Positions 11,455 to 23,770 of a DNA stretch of 64,000 nucleotides are shown one piece after another. The notes under the pieces were generated by a model that saw nothing but the letters and a program-made list of their open reading frames with translations, made no database searches and had not been told where the DNA came from. The first letter of the stretch is position 1; every line of letters begins with the position of its first letter. The DNA is from Eledone cirrhosa (lineage: Eukaryota): assembly GCA_964016885.1 (NCBI GenBank), contig OZ024742.1:210738001-210802000 (forward strand), read 5' to 3'. A program made the translations under genes and the position numbers.

Positions 11455-11455
<1 letters not shown>
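11050..11455 (-). mobile_element. CRE-like restriction-like endonuclease C-terminus and 3'UTR
   Basis: Minus strand reads GRCLIWDVTVSDSF..AERNKIRKY..FQPVAF..LSLAITR. Confidence 0.82.
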
Positions 11456-11504
<49 letters not shown>

Positions 11505-11509
<5 letters not shown>

Positions 11510-11703
11510 CGATGCTCAGCTTTATAATATTTGAGAGTAAAGAGCGACAGAGAGAGTAAAGCAGTTAAATTATAGAGAGGGGGAATGGTCTATTATAGAG
11601 AGAGGGAAGAGCGACGGAGAGAGTAAAGCTAAGAAACTATAGGGAGGTATGTAGGATACATACGTACATATACATACATACGACACTCAGCTTTATAATA
11701 TTA
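11505..11703 (-). mobile_element. Probable non-autonomous Helitron 5' fragment
   Basis: taatattataaagctgag followed by (tatg)n on the minus strand. The motif occurs twice. Confidence 0.4.
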
Positions 11704-11704
11704 A

Positions 11705-11740
<36 letters not shown>

Positions 11741-11859
11741 TTAAAGTTTGGCTCATTTGGCCGGGGCTTATTTTGATTTCATTTGCCTTAAGTAGCAGAG
11801 AGTATATGACGCCAGTTCACCGCGTGGTTAAGCCCCAGCTGGTGTTGCTGGTAATTTTC

Positions 11860-11992
11860 AGCTGAGTAGACTAGAGAATCGTGAATTGAAGTGTTTTGCT
11901 CAAGAACACAACACACTACTCAATCCAGGAACTGAACTCATGACATTACGATCGTAAGCTCATCACCTTAACCATTAGGCCACATGCCTTCA
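11860..11992 (-). mobile_element. tRNA-derived SINE head (family 2)
   Basis: Minus strand: A box tggcctaatggttaagg, B-box-like gagttcagttcc, then gtgttcttgagcaaaacactt, as in the 47190 copy. Confidence 0.75.
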
Positions 11993-12003
11993 CACATATC
12001 TGT

Positions 12004-12226
12004 ATGCAATTGGAGCTAAACCCCTTCTTCAAGAGAACTTTGGCCCGGGAAAACATCCCTTCAATTTTGGAACCGTCTGAGTTGTCCAGAATTGATGAGA
12101 AAAGACCTGACGGCCTTACCCTGTGCCCCTGGTCGAGAGGTAGGTGCCTTATCTGGGACGACACAGTTTGTGACTCTTGCTTCTTTCTACATCCTGGATG
12201 CTGCGGTTAAGGCGAGAGCCACAGCT
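12004..12226 (+). mobile_element. CRE-like endonuclease fragment, inverted relative to the adjacent RT
   Basis: LEPSELSRIDEKRPDGLTLCPWSRGRCLIWDDTVCD (PD..D nuclease motif). Confidence 0.85.
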
Positions 12227-14007
12227 ACCGGCAAAGCCAGTGAGATCGGGGACCGGAGGACAAGGTCGCCATACCTCACAGGTAAAGTGGCCTGTTGCTA
12301 TCCAATGTCGTCAAACCTGACGTTGCATATCTCCTCGGCTGCTTCTCGGATACAAGTATCGAGGTCAGCGAGGAGAGATGTGTGGGTGTCGCACGGAGCG
12401 CTGCGAAGGGTATAGAGGAGCTTCGGCATAGCGAAGCAGTTCTCCAACAGAAAGAGGGCTGGGTGGCCGTCGATCAAGCCCAGTCGGCTCGTGAGAGTCT
12501 GGAGTTGTTGAAGCCTGGACCTGATGGTAGTGCGGATGGCCGGCGGGTGGATCGGTGACCCGAAGATGAGGACATCCTCTTTGGGGGTCATCTGTACCTG
12601 GTGGAGAATGGACCGCACGGCCGAGACGGAGGCTGCAAAGATCTCAGCATCGTGGCTGACATTCGCTACGACCTCTGACTTGGCCGAGTTGACCCGGAGG
12701 CCGATTCCTGCCAAGGCAGGAACCACCGATTGTAGGTCATGGCAGACAGTCTGTACGGGCCCGCCCAACGTAGCATCCAGATACCAAACATTGAGAGGGG
12801 CTGTGATACTCCGGGCGATGTGGTCTATACCAAGGGCAAACAGTGGCCGAAGGTATGACCATATCAGCAGCAAGGAGCATGCTCGGGGCTCCATACGACA
12901 GGTAGGCCAGCGGGTAGGCAGAGAGGTCTCGGCTGAGGCAGGCTTCGAGCAGATGGTCCCGAAGTAAGCAGTTGAAGGCATTCCTCATGTCAAGCTCGAC
13001 AATGAGGTACCTGGAGTCCCTGGATGCTGGTTCCGGTGGGCAGCTTCTGAAGAACTTCCTGGTTGCATGTGCGACCCCCTCACAGCCACCGGACACGCCG
13101 ACACCCAGTTGCACCGGACTGAACTCCTCAGCCAGTTCGGGTGTTATGGACCTGCAGACCACCTTGGCAGCCAGCCCCCGGAAGACATTGCCCACTAGCG
13201 GTGAGGCTAGCCGAAAAATGAGGCCTCGGGCGTGAGGGTCCAGGGTGCCATGGATGAGCCTATTGGTGAGCGCCACAATTGCACTCAGAAGGCGGCGCCC
13301 GGCCTCAGCGAAGAGGGGGATAGGAGCTCCTAGAGGTGGCCTGGTCGGAGACCATCAAGACCTCCGCTGCTGCTAGCTTGGAAGAACTTGATGGCGGACA
13401 TGATGTCTGCATCAGAAGCCACAAGGAGCAAGTGGTGGTCGGGTGGGGGTATGGGTCTGAGATCAGCGGATGGCTCAGGGTGCTTGAGTCGCAGGGCAGC
13501 CAGGACCTCCTCGGTGGGTTGGAGGACAGTGACCTTTAAGGCAACCACTCTGACTGCGGCCGAGACATCACCCATGATTAATTTAGCACAAAGGTTCTCA
13601 ACGGGGGTGGGGGGGTTGGAGGGGGGGGGGGGGGGGTGGAAGGCTCTTTACTTTGGTAAGTTTTATAAGCCATATTTGTATGTCTTCGAGACAGCCAGTG
13701 TGAATGCATTTGAATGAGCTTGCAGACAGCATAACTATAGTCTGACCTGTGTGCAGGCGTGTCCGGTAATTGAGACATTAACTGGTAATTGAGATCCTAA
13801 AAATGGAAAAAAACACAGTCAACGGGGTCAAGGACACTTTGAGCGCAGACAGTTAAAATCTTATCTTCCTTCACCGATAACAATGTATTACATGTCTGAA
13901 ATTATTGACTCAACCGTAACGAGTTAACACTATATAGATCTATTTTATTCCCTATTGTATAAATAATATTACAAATTAAAAAAAAGAAAAGAAAAAAACA
14001 GAAGCGG

Positions 14008-14187
14008 GTAGCAGACACATCTAGGATCACATACAACACATAAGCAGGTAATACACACATCTAGGACCACATGCAACACATAAGGAGGTAGCACACACAT
14101 CTAGGACCACATGCAATACATACATCTAGGACTACATACAACACACAGGCAGGTAATACATACATCTAGGACCACATACAACACACA
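14008..14187. repeat. ~39-bp minisatellite inside the hAT element
   Basis: About five copies of acatctaggaccacatacaacac, with variable ends. Confidence 0.85.
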
Positions 14188-15251
14188 TTGTATCATGTGC
14201 TACGGACGACGCAAGAGCAATGGTCGGCCAACATAAGGGCTTCGTCACTCTCCTGAAGAGAGAACATCTATCTGTATTTGCTGTTCATTGTGTCATTCAT
14301 GGACAACACTTGGCTGCGAAGAAACTCAGCAAGCCGCTGAGCAAGTCCTTGCAGGTGGCCATTGATGTCATCAATTTTATCAAACGGCATTCCCTCAATG
14401 AACGAATTTTCCGGCAACTGTGCCAAGATAATGACGAAGAATTCGTCAAGTTGCTCCTTCATACTGAAGTGAGGTGGCTTTCAAAGGGCAAGTGCCTTAC
14501 TCGCTTCTTTGAACTATTCGACTCTATCATTGAGTTTCTGTGAGGACGCAACACAGAACTGTACAATAAAACCCTCGATGCGTGGCAAGACTGCGCCTAC
14601 CTCGTCGACATCTTCGACAAATGCAATAACATCATTATGGCTTTGCTGGTGAAGAAGATTACCTTGCTTAAAGCAAGGAATGCTGTGAAAACATTCCTGG
14701 CCAAATTGAATGTCATCGAAAGGAATCTTTGTTGACGGGAATTCTATAATTTTCCTAGTGTCGCCAATGTTCAAAACATTGTAAGTGATGACCAACTCCA
14801 AATTTATACCACTCACTTCCGTGCGCTACAAGACAACATGAGAGAATGGTTTGTCGACCTTTTGCCGATGGACATCCCAATGTGGATAGCAGATCCTTTC
14901 ATAGCTAACGTCGACGATTTGGACGTTAAATTTCAGGAAGAATTCATTGAACTTCAAGCAGATGACATGATCAAAATTAGATTTCCCAAAATAGGTGAAC
15001 CTCTTTTTGGAATGCAAGAGGAAATTCAGCGTTGATTTCCACACCTATATGCAGAGGCTAAGAGATTTGCTCTGCCTTTTCCAAGCTCATACTTAGTTGA
15101 GAGGAGGTTTGGTGCCGTTTCCAGACTGCACAGTAAGGCTCGCAACCGCTACAATGTAATTACACGTGGAAATCTCTGGCTACATCTTAGGAAAATTGAG
15201 CCTCACGTCAAAGAGTTAGCTAGACTCCATGAAGCTCAAGGGTCCCATTGA
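14188..15251 (+). pseudogene. hAT/Buster transposase C-terminal half, disrupted
   Basis: HCVIH, LLLHTEVRWLSKG, W..DPF and LPFPSSYLVER..QGSH* motifs, with stops and frameshifts. Confidence 0.9.
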
Positions 15252-16855
15252 AATGAGGTAAAAGTTAAAGTAAGTTGATTTATCCGAAAACTTGGATATG
15301 CTATTGTTACAAAGCAAACTAACAATTTTTTTATTTGTAGTTGCAGTCTGACTGGACTGGAAACCATCTACTACAATTCACTTACTCATTTGTTGTATAT
15401 ATTTTACCATTTATTAATAAATATACCCTCCAGCGTGGTCACGAAAACCCGCTTCCGTGGTCTCTAAGCTCACAAAGCAGAGGGGACATCAAGTTAGATA
15501 TCAACATTTATTCTGTCTGTTTCATTAAAGGGAAAATTGGAAAGCTTTGAAATGATATAATTGCCACTTTCTTCCAGATAAGAGCACTCTTGGAATAGAC
15601 AGAGTTGTTCTTGTATAAATGTTCAAAATAGCTGGTATCGCCTGGTGGGAATATAACAAATTCAACTGGTCCTTATTCATAAAAAAGAACATTTATGTTC
15701 CTTTTTTTTAAATTTATATATTTCCTTTCAAGGAATGTATTTATACTCTCAGCTGCCTGCAATGGTATCTTTGGAGTATTGTTAATCAATTTTTTTAGTA
15801 ATATACTGATATCAAAATCAGTAGTATATTGGAAAATGGAAAAATAGGGTAGGGGGGCGTTTCGTGATTTCGAGGGGCAAAAGGGGGCGTTTGGCCTAAA
15901 TGGGTTGAGAACCTGTGATTTAGCATTTACGCGGGCGCGCAAATTCTTGGTGCTAGCCTAAGGGGTGGAGGATTGGGGGTACCCGAGGGTGGAGTGTGTG
16001 GCGTCCCTGGGCACGCTTGGAATGAGCGCTTGCCCAAAGGACGAAACATTGGCCTTGACGAAGGCTGCTGTCGACCGGCCGCCCCGGTCAGCGCCAGAGC
16101 TGGGGAAGCCGAGAGCGAGTGGGGCGAAATAAAAGAGTCGCTCCCAGTCGATGGCTCGATTGGAGTCCAGGGCGCTCTCAACTGAGGAGGCGAGGGCATC
16201 GGCTACTGGTACCCGGGCCGCTCTCGGGATCCTGAGTGGGATCTTCTGGAGCCGTCTGAGCTGAGCGATGTTGACCAGCGAGGCTTGGGCGTCAGGCAAG
16301 CTCGCTGTCTCATCTGGTGGTGTGCCAGACGGACGTGGCTGGGCAAAAGAGGGAAAGAGGCAGTTCCTGCATCTCCACGCTGCGAGGGCACTGGAGGCTC
16401 GACGTGTCAAGCCAACACAGGTGAGGTGGTGGAAGCAGCCGCACCCGGAACAGTTCCGGCCCCTCTTCCGTCTGTTAGTGGTTCTGCAAGTGCTGCAGGT
16501 GTCGGCTTGAGGGGAAGGGGCTGGGCGAGGGGCCGGGGACTGGGGCACTGCGCGGCATCGGGGGTGAGTGGCTGGCGTGTGTGGATGGAAGGGAAAGTGC
16601 TGGTAAGAAGGCCTCACAGCTCACCTACATCAGATATAGAGGCATCAGAAGACAAGAGAGAAAAGAAGGGGTGCATGGAGGGGGACATACAAGAAGGTAG
16701 AATGTTAGCAAAGGAATGAGTGAATGGATGAATGTACAAAAAAAAACAAAAAACAAAAAACAAACAAAGGGGTGGGGGGACAGGGGGTTCAACTGTTGAC
16801 TTACGAAAGAGTTCGTATAAAGAGTTCGTATAATTGAAGCCGTGTGTTACTGTTT

Positions 16856-16997
16856 AGCATCGAACTACGGCCCTCCACGCTCCGGGCCCAAATCCCGCCG
16901 AGGTCAACCCTGTCCTTTATCCCCACGGAGCCGACAAAACAAGGCACCAGCAATGCGCTGGGACAATCGCTGTCCCGTGCCAAGAACAGAATAATTA
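16856..16997 (+). mobile_element. SINE family 1 copy with dense T>C changes (A>G on the minus strand)
   Basis: Collinear with the copies at 20493, 28895 and 43331, but with about 17 T>C substitutions in ~100 aligned nt. Confidence 0.85.
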
Positions 16998-17033
16998 CTA
17001 TTTTTATAGTTGTTGTTTTATTGAGGCAGCCTT

Positions 17034-17405
17034 CATAATGTCATAATGCAGACATCCAGACATACAGACAGATATTATAAGGGCGCAACGCTGAGGTTGA
17101 CTTTGCCTTTCATCCTTACGGGGTCGATAAAATAAAGTACCAGTAATGCACTGGGTATTTGCTGGCCTTGTGCCTAACGCAGAAACAGTTATATCTATCT
17201 AAAAAGAAAGACTAAGAATTATAGAGAGAGATCGCTAAATCGCCTAATGCGGTCCCTAGGGCATTGAAAATTTGAAATATTTATTGCTCAAAACAGTCAC
17301 AGGACGATAAGTATTACATGTGAAAAGGTTGAAAACAATCGGATGGGTGGTTCTCGAGTTTTAGGGAGTCAGACAGACAGACATTCTCTGTTTTAGATAT
17401 ATAGA
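17034..17405 (-). mobile_element. Non-autonomous Helitron 5' part with a SINE fragment (17091-17190) inserted
   Basis: Starts TCtatatatctaaaacagagaatgtctgtctg on the minus strand. Homologous to 56742-57017, which lacks the SINE piece. Confidence 0.75.
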
Positions 17406-19611
17406 TTTGTTTGTGCTTTCATTCTGTAAGCATTGTATTACTATATTTCTTTTTATACAATTGTGTGTGTGTGGGGGGGGGGGGGGGGTATGTATGTGTG
17501 TGTTTGTATGTATGCATGTATATGTATGCATGCATGTATGTATGTATATGTATGCATGCATATATGTTTCACAATTTTTTTATGCATGCATATATGTTTC
17601 ACAAATTGTTGCCAATAGAGGGAGAGTCGGTTTCTAACATAGACACAAAACTCACTCATTGGAATTTACACAACATCAACGAGGTAGATATGCATGCGTG
17701 TGTAGATATGGATGTTATTGTATGTGTGGATGTGTATGTTTTGAGTTGTATGTGTGCATGTGTATATGCTTAGTATCTGTACATGTGTATATGCAGTTAT
17801 TAGATGTAAAATGTTTGGAATGTTTTACATATTTTTACTGTTCCATTAATGGATTGTACTTGTAATTTCATAACCAGTTGTGTTCTTTCTGTTCCTGTGA
17901 AGCCCAGCTTCTCAAGATTTGTATTGAGGCAGTTACTAACATATCCCAGTGCCCCAATAATCACAGGCATAAATCTGAAGGTGTAATCAGGGTGGAGTAT
18001 CTGCAGATTTCTCATCAGTTCTGCATAAATATTCTCCTTTTCGCTAATCTTTGATATTATATTGGCATCTGCTGTACAGCTAATTTTGACTACTGTGCAT
18101 GCCTTCTTTCCCTGTCCCATATCATAATATCTGGTCTGTTATGCCTGCATTTTATTGGGATTTTGACTGGAACATTCCACCAGTAATCTTTCATCATATT
18201 ATGCATATGTATGTCTTCAACATTGTTGTAGCTTTTAATGTGTTTATTATCGGGGCTATCTTTTCTACGGATTGCATTGTACAGTGTTTTGGCCACTACA
18301 TCATGCCTCATAGGTAGATAGTATCGCGATGACATCTTTGGACAGTTGCTTATGACATGGGTGACATCTTCGATGTTAATTCTGCAGAGTCTGCACTTGT
18401 TGTCACATCCAAGTGTTTTGCCTGCATCCCTATCTCTTTTGTGAATCAGGTATTTCGTGTTGATTTCCTGTTCTTGGATTGCAAAAGCGTATCCTTCAAA
18501 GTGGGAGCCAATATAGCGGTTGTTGGTCCAGGATAGACTACTTTCCTTATCTATATTACTCTCACTCTGGAGCTTCCTGGCAATATATCCATGCATGATT
18601 TTTTGCTGATAAGCATGCTGTTTTTCATCCCTGGATTCACTGCGATACTGCTGAGCAACATCCCTGGGTGTGAGTTTTGATTATCACACAGGGAATATCT
18701 CTCGAGAAGTTCCTTCCCAACTCTCATGATCTTATCTGTTTCATGCAGATAGACTTGCTCGAGAGACGGGCTCCTACGCTTTGAGGTTCGTAGATATTGT
18801 CGGAGAGATATGATGTGACATTCAAATGCTGTCTGGACTGACGTTAGGCCTCTGCCTCCCTGCTTACGTTTCAAGTAAAGGCAGTCTGTCACTATTGATG
18901 TGGAAGTTTCCGGTGTTGTTTAGTATTTTTCGAGTTCTAACATCAATCGCTTGGATTTCGTCTATCGTCCAATTGAGTATTCCAAAAGTTGGTGTTAGGA
19001 CAGGCACAACAAACACATTGTGAGCCACTGTTTTGTTTTGCGCGGAGAGTTCCGATGACCATATCTTTCTTAATCGGGTGTAGTATTCACTGGTTATGCG
19101 TTCCTTATTACAGATACCATTATAGGATATGTTCTCATCTATCCCCAGGTATCTGTAGCAGTCCTCATCAGATATCGGTGAAACAGTTAGGCCATTGATA
19201 CAAATGTTGCTAGATTGGGTTGTTGTTTTTCCCCGCTTTACAGTCATATATGAGCATTTATCTTGGCCAAACTCCATTCCTATATCCTTTGAGAATGCTG
19301 TAACCAGGTCAAGATTTTTCTTCATCCCTTCCATGTTCTTGGGATAGAGTTTCAGATCATCCACAAAAAATTATGGGTTAGGTTCGTATTTCTGTTCTCC
19401 TGTGAGCCAATGATGTATCCTTTACATTTCTTGAGCAGAAAGGACAAGGGGTTTAATGACAGGATGAATTATATCACAGAGAGACTGTTTCCCTGAAATA
19501 TACCCCTACGATATTTTATTCTATCAGTGAAAATAGAGTTCTCCTTCTCTGTCTTTAACTTTAGGATAGTAGCTCAAGAAGAAGACACCTTCTCTATGGC
19601 TCTGATAATAA

Positions 19612-19796
19612 TTGTTTCTACTTTAGGCACAAGGCCAGCAATTACCCAGTACATTACTGGTACTTTATTTTATCGACCCCGTAAGGATGAAAGGCAAAGT
19701 TAACCTCGGCGGGATTTGAACTCAGATTGTAAAGGGACGTAACTATGCTAGAAAGCATGGCGTCCAACCCTCTACCGATACTGCCAATTCACCGCC
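19612..19796 (-). mobile_element. SINE family 1 nested in the R4-like RT
   Basis: Full SINE with imperfect TSD tctga(t/c)aataat. Confidence 0.9.
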
Positions 19797-20492
19797 ATCT
19801 GACAATAATGTCTGGGACTTTAGCAAGTTGGTGGGCCTCTATCGTCCAAGAGTGGGGAACAGAATCGAAAGCTTTCCTGTAGTCCAGCCAGACTGTAGCC
19901 ATATTCCTCCTACGTTGTCGCACCTCCGACATCGCAGTTTTGTTGATTAGGAGTTGTTCAGCACATCCCCAAACCCCTTTCTTTCCAGCTGCTTGTTCAT
20001 CTGTGATGATGTTATTATTTTCACAGTGATCTTGGAGGAATAGGTTCAGGCAGGCTGTATACATCTTATACATCAGGTTCTGGCATGCAATGGGTCGGTA
20101 GTTTTTTGCCAAGTGGGTGTCTTTGTTCTTGGGGACCAGTAATGTTTGTGCTAATGTCAACCATTCTGGTATAAGTGTATCTCCCTTAAGAACCTGTTGG
20201 TAGATGTCAGTAAGATACCTCCGATAGAATATCAGGTTTTGTACCAGTAGCCACAACCATGTCTCTTCCTGGTGTTTTCTTATCTTGGAGTTTTCCTATC
20301 ACAGTCTCAAGGGTACCCTCACTTATTTCGTATGTTTTTGTTGTAGTGTAGGAGCAATAGTTCTTTTGGATTTCTTTTAGCCACGCTGCATCTTGATTGA
20401 AATTCTTCTTTTGACCCCATATTTTTCTCCAAAAGGAATCTATGTCTTTCTGGGATGGGGCCTCAGTGACACTTATTATTTTGTTCTTCATA

Positions 20493-20677
20493 GGGCGGTG
20501 GATTGGCAGTATCAGTAGAGGGTCGGAAGCCATGCTTTCCAGCATAGTTACGTCCCTTTACGATCTGAGTTCAAATCCCGCCGAGGTTGACTTTGCCTTT
20601 CATCCTTACGGGTTCGATAAAATAAAGTACCAGTAATGCACTGGGTAATTGCTGGCCTTGTGCCTAAAGTAGAGACA
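20493..20677 (+). mobile_element. SINE family 1 (tRNA head, Meta-like core) nested in the R4-like element
   Basis: A box tggcagtatcagtag, B box gagttcaaatcc, core ctttgcctttcatccttacggg..gataaaataaagtaccag. Perfect 18-bp TSD attattttgttcttcata. Confidence 0.93.
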
Positions 20678-21282
20678 ATTATTTTGTTCTTCATATCTCT
20701 ATAGACTGATGTTTGGTTTCGTCTGAATCTTTTATTAAGCACTTTTCTTTCATCTACCTTTTTCAGGTATCGGCGTTTTTCGCTAACAGCTCTCAATTCT
20801 TGTTTGAGGATGATCAGCTTATATTGGAGAGTTCTGGTTCTACTGTTACCAAACATCATCTCTATTTTATTTTTCACTCTTTGTTGGTGAGGAGTAAAGT
20901 TTTTTTGTGTTTGTTTGCATGTAAGGAGCATTGTCACATATCCTATGGTTTTTCGTAGGTCAGCACTCTTTTTTTCTATTTTAGTTATATATGATGGTAT
21001 TTTTGGTGTTATTTTATTCTTGTTAATATCTCTGCTATCACCAAGATAATACTTCACTGTCGTTGCTAAGGCATATAAACAGGCGTTGATTTATCAAAAT
21101 GTTGGGGGTTTTATCCGTCGTAAATATTCATCCCCTATTTCGTCAATAACACGTAATATCTCATTATTTGTTTTTTTATTAAATATTGTTGTTTTAAAAC
21201 GTTCAGCAAAAGAAATATTTATACATGAATTAATTTCTCTCTGGAAGATTCCGTTGTGGGAAATTTTCAATTGTTTATACTT

Positions 21283-21437
21283 TTGATTATCATTATCGAT
21301 AGTATTTTCCACAATAGTCGAGGTAGAGTCGGATGGTATACGTGGTGTCAAATTTCTTCGATTATTATTATTATCGATAGTGTTTTCCCCAGCATTCGAG
21401 GTAGACTTAGATGGTACACGTGGTGTCAAATTTCTTA
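21283..21437 (-). repeat. 78-bp in-frame tandem duplication in the R4-like N-terminus
   Basis: RNLTPRVPSKSTSNAGENTIDN / RNLTPRIPSDSTSTIVENTIDN. Confidence 0.85.
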
Positions 21438-22341
21438 CAGGCATAGTTGTTTCAAGGCACTGTTCGACCTGGCTGCTAGGAAGTAGTAAGTGTAGTTGAA
21501 CCTGTAGTACGTGTTGTTGAATCCATGTTTGTTGTGGGGACTTACAATTAATAATATTTATCTCATTTTTACGTCCAACAAACGTCGCTTGTTGGCGTAA
21601 TTGTTTCGCTGTGAAGTGATTTAGCTCTGTGTGTATTTCGTCCCAGTGTAGCTTCTTTCTGTTCATATAGCCAATGGAGGGAGTTTTTTTGCCATTTTAT
21701 AACAATTAAATAAATCATCATTAAGTTCGCAACTCCAAGAGAAATGCAATTTATAATTTCGGTTTCTTCTGTAGCTACAACTGAATAAATTTTGTTTACC
21801 GTTCTCGTTTTTCTTTGGTACGGTACTCCTCTGATGTTGTTGTTGATGTTGTGTTCAGCCATGCTGTTTGTAGCACATCCTTGTAAAATGAATTATGTAT
21901 TTAGTCGGATATCTCTACGAATTCGAATAAAAGGTGTCTTCAGTAGATATAGTTAGAAGAATATCCAGTTATTCAACATGACTGGTAGTTGTGGCATTAC
22001 TTTCATTATTATAATATTTTTTAAAATTTCTCAGAGAAAGAATAACATTAAAAAAAAAACAAATAAACAAATAATTAAAGCATACTTTCAAACAATTCCC
22101 TAGGGAATTAAATAGAATCCAAAATATGATAGTGCTAACAATTAGTCACTGACTTACTGTATTCATTTATGTCATCATACATACATGGACACACACACAC
22201 ATATATATGTGTGTATATACTTACACATACACACGAGCTGCCATGAGCTGCTGGACAAATAAAGTTTTATATCAATGGGTTAAAGACATGTAAAATCAAT
22301 TAGTGGTCAGTTCTTCAGTCCCTAGGGAGAATGAGTCAAAT

Positions 22342-22532
22342 AATTATTCCTACTTTTGGCACAAGGCCAGCAATTATCACAGTACATTACTGGTACTTTA
22401 TTTCATCGACCCCGTAAGGATGAAAGGCAAAGTTAACCTCGGCGGGATTTGAACTCAGAATGGCAAGGGCCGTAACTCTATGCGTCAAAGCATGGCGTCC
22501 GACCCTCTACCGATACTGCCAATTCACCGCCC
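22342..22532 (-). mobile_element. SINE family 1
   Basis: Full copy. TSD aatgagtcaaataat on both sides. Confidence 0.92.
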
Positions 22533-23427
22533 ATAATGAGTCAAATAATGTTTGTACAAGTTGAAAACATGTATGTATACATATATATAAATCTATATAT
22601 ACACATGTACACACACTCCCAGATATATATACTGAGTGAGTGTGAAATACCAAAGGTCATTATTGAAAGCCTCTGGATATGTATACTTTTTATTGGAGAA
22701 GGTAAGACAGTATACTATACATACATTCACAATTATTTAAAAATTCAATTATAACATTCTGTATTAACATTTGAACTACTGTATACTGCCAGTAATATGT
22801 ACAATATATATATACATTATAATTAGTAAAAAAATACACATTTTTTTCTCGCAAAAATTTGATTGCACTGTTTTGTTTTCACTTATGTATTTTTTGAAAA
22901 TGTTATTTATTCATTATAAAAAATTAAACGATAGCATTCTATATATGGGTGGACCCCCTTTATCTCCTGGCAACCAATATATTTAGACCCAGTCCGCCAT
23001 TGTATGTATGTGTTTATGCAGAACAACCACTCTCTTAACATTTCCCTCTGTTCATTATTTCATGTGTATAACCAACGTAACTACTACACTTCCCTCCCTA
23101 TATGTAAATTTGTTCATTATAAGCCGAGCCAGGTGAGATGAATATACTTCGATTAGGAGATTTGTCATGTTCGAAACATATCTGCTGATTTCAGTAGCTG
23201 GCTATAAGGCAAGAACCGCTCCTTACTGCATTGTGCCGTGTTCGCCAAAACTTAGATTTACTTATACTGTTGGAGTTACTTCCCTTGCTTGGTGTTTTTG
23301 ATTTTAACCAACCCGCAGGGAGAAATCTTGTCATCAAACTGCAAGGATAACTCAATTGAAAGACGTTTTTCAGCTCACTGTATTTTACATGAGACCCTAT
23401 GGTGTGTCTTTTCTACGGAAATACTTA

Positions 23428-23460
<33 letters not shown>

Positions 23461-23464
23461 CACA

Positions 23465-23770
23465 CAGTGTGTTTGCTTTTTACGCGAAGATGTGTTCGTG
23501 AACGCGGCGCGTAAAACAAATTCGCGTAATTCAATTTTTTTTTATTTCTGATACAAAAAAAATATTAAAAGCCACACGCGTTATAGCTTGTTATTTAATA
23601 ATTGTTTCTACGTTAGGCACAAGGCCAGCAAATACCCAGTGTATTACTGGTACTTTATTTTATCGACCCCGTAAGGATGAAAGGCAAAGTTAACCTCGGC
23701 GGGATATTTTTTCATGAGGCGTTAAGGCGAATTCGCGTACTTCAAGTTCGCGTAAAAAGCGAACAGACTA
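23465..23770. mobile_element. Tc1/mariner-type (pogo/Tigger-like) MITE with a nested SINE fragment (~23597-23705)
   Basis: Imperfect TIRs cagtgtgtttgctttttacgcgaa / ttcgcgtaaaaagcgaacagact. Confidence 0.7.

Larger units (their letters stand above)
13589..15917 (+). mobile_element. hAT (Buster/Charlie-type) DNA transposon, internally deleted
   Basis: TIRs CAAAGGTTCTCAAC / CACAGGTTCTCAAC. 8-bp TSD atttagca at 13581-13588 and 15918-15925, with central TA. Confidence 0.93.
12227..16800 (-). mobile_element. CRE-clade non-LTR retrotransposon (PHD finger + RT), pseudogenised and interrupted by a hAT element
   Basis: Fragments 15958-16617, 13330-13575 (SSGGLDGLRPGHL), 12737-13276 (QLGVG, LDMRNAFN) and 12298-12981 (WYLD). 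Removing 13589-15925 restores RVNAKLIMGDVSAAVR. Confidence 0.88.
17800..21900 (-). mobile_element. R4/Dong-like non-LTR retrotransposon (RT + CCHC + restriction-like endonuclease), frameshifted, near full length
   Basis: GCAEQLLIN, WLDYRKAFDSVPH, GIFQG, DDLKLY, GMEFGQDKC, YRYLGI, GGRGL, AIQEQ, CRLC..H..SNC, RHD and NRPDI motifs, in order. Confidence 0.9.

Noticed and set aside
14008-14187. CRISPR-like array
   Set aside because: The units are tandem repeats without unique spacers, in a eukaryotic context with no cas genes.
20493-20582. tRNA gene (A and B boxes)
   Set aside because: It is the head of a multi-copy SINE with TSDs and has no intact cloverleaf.
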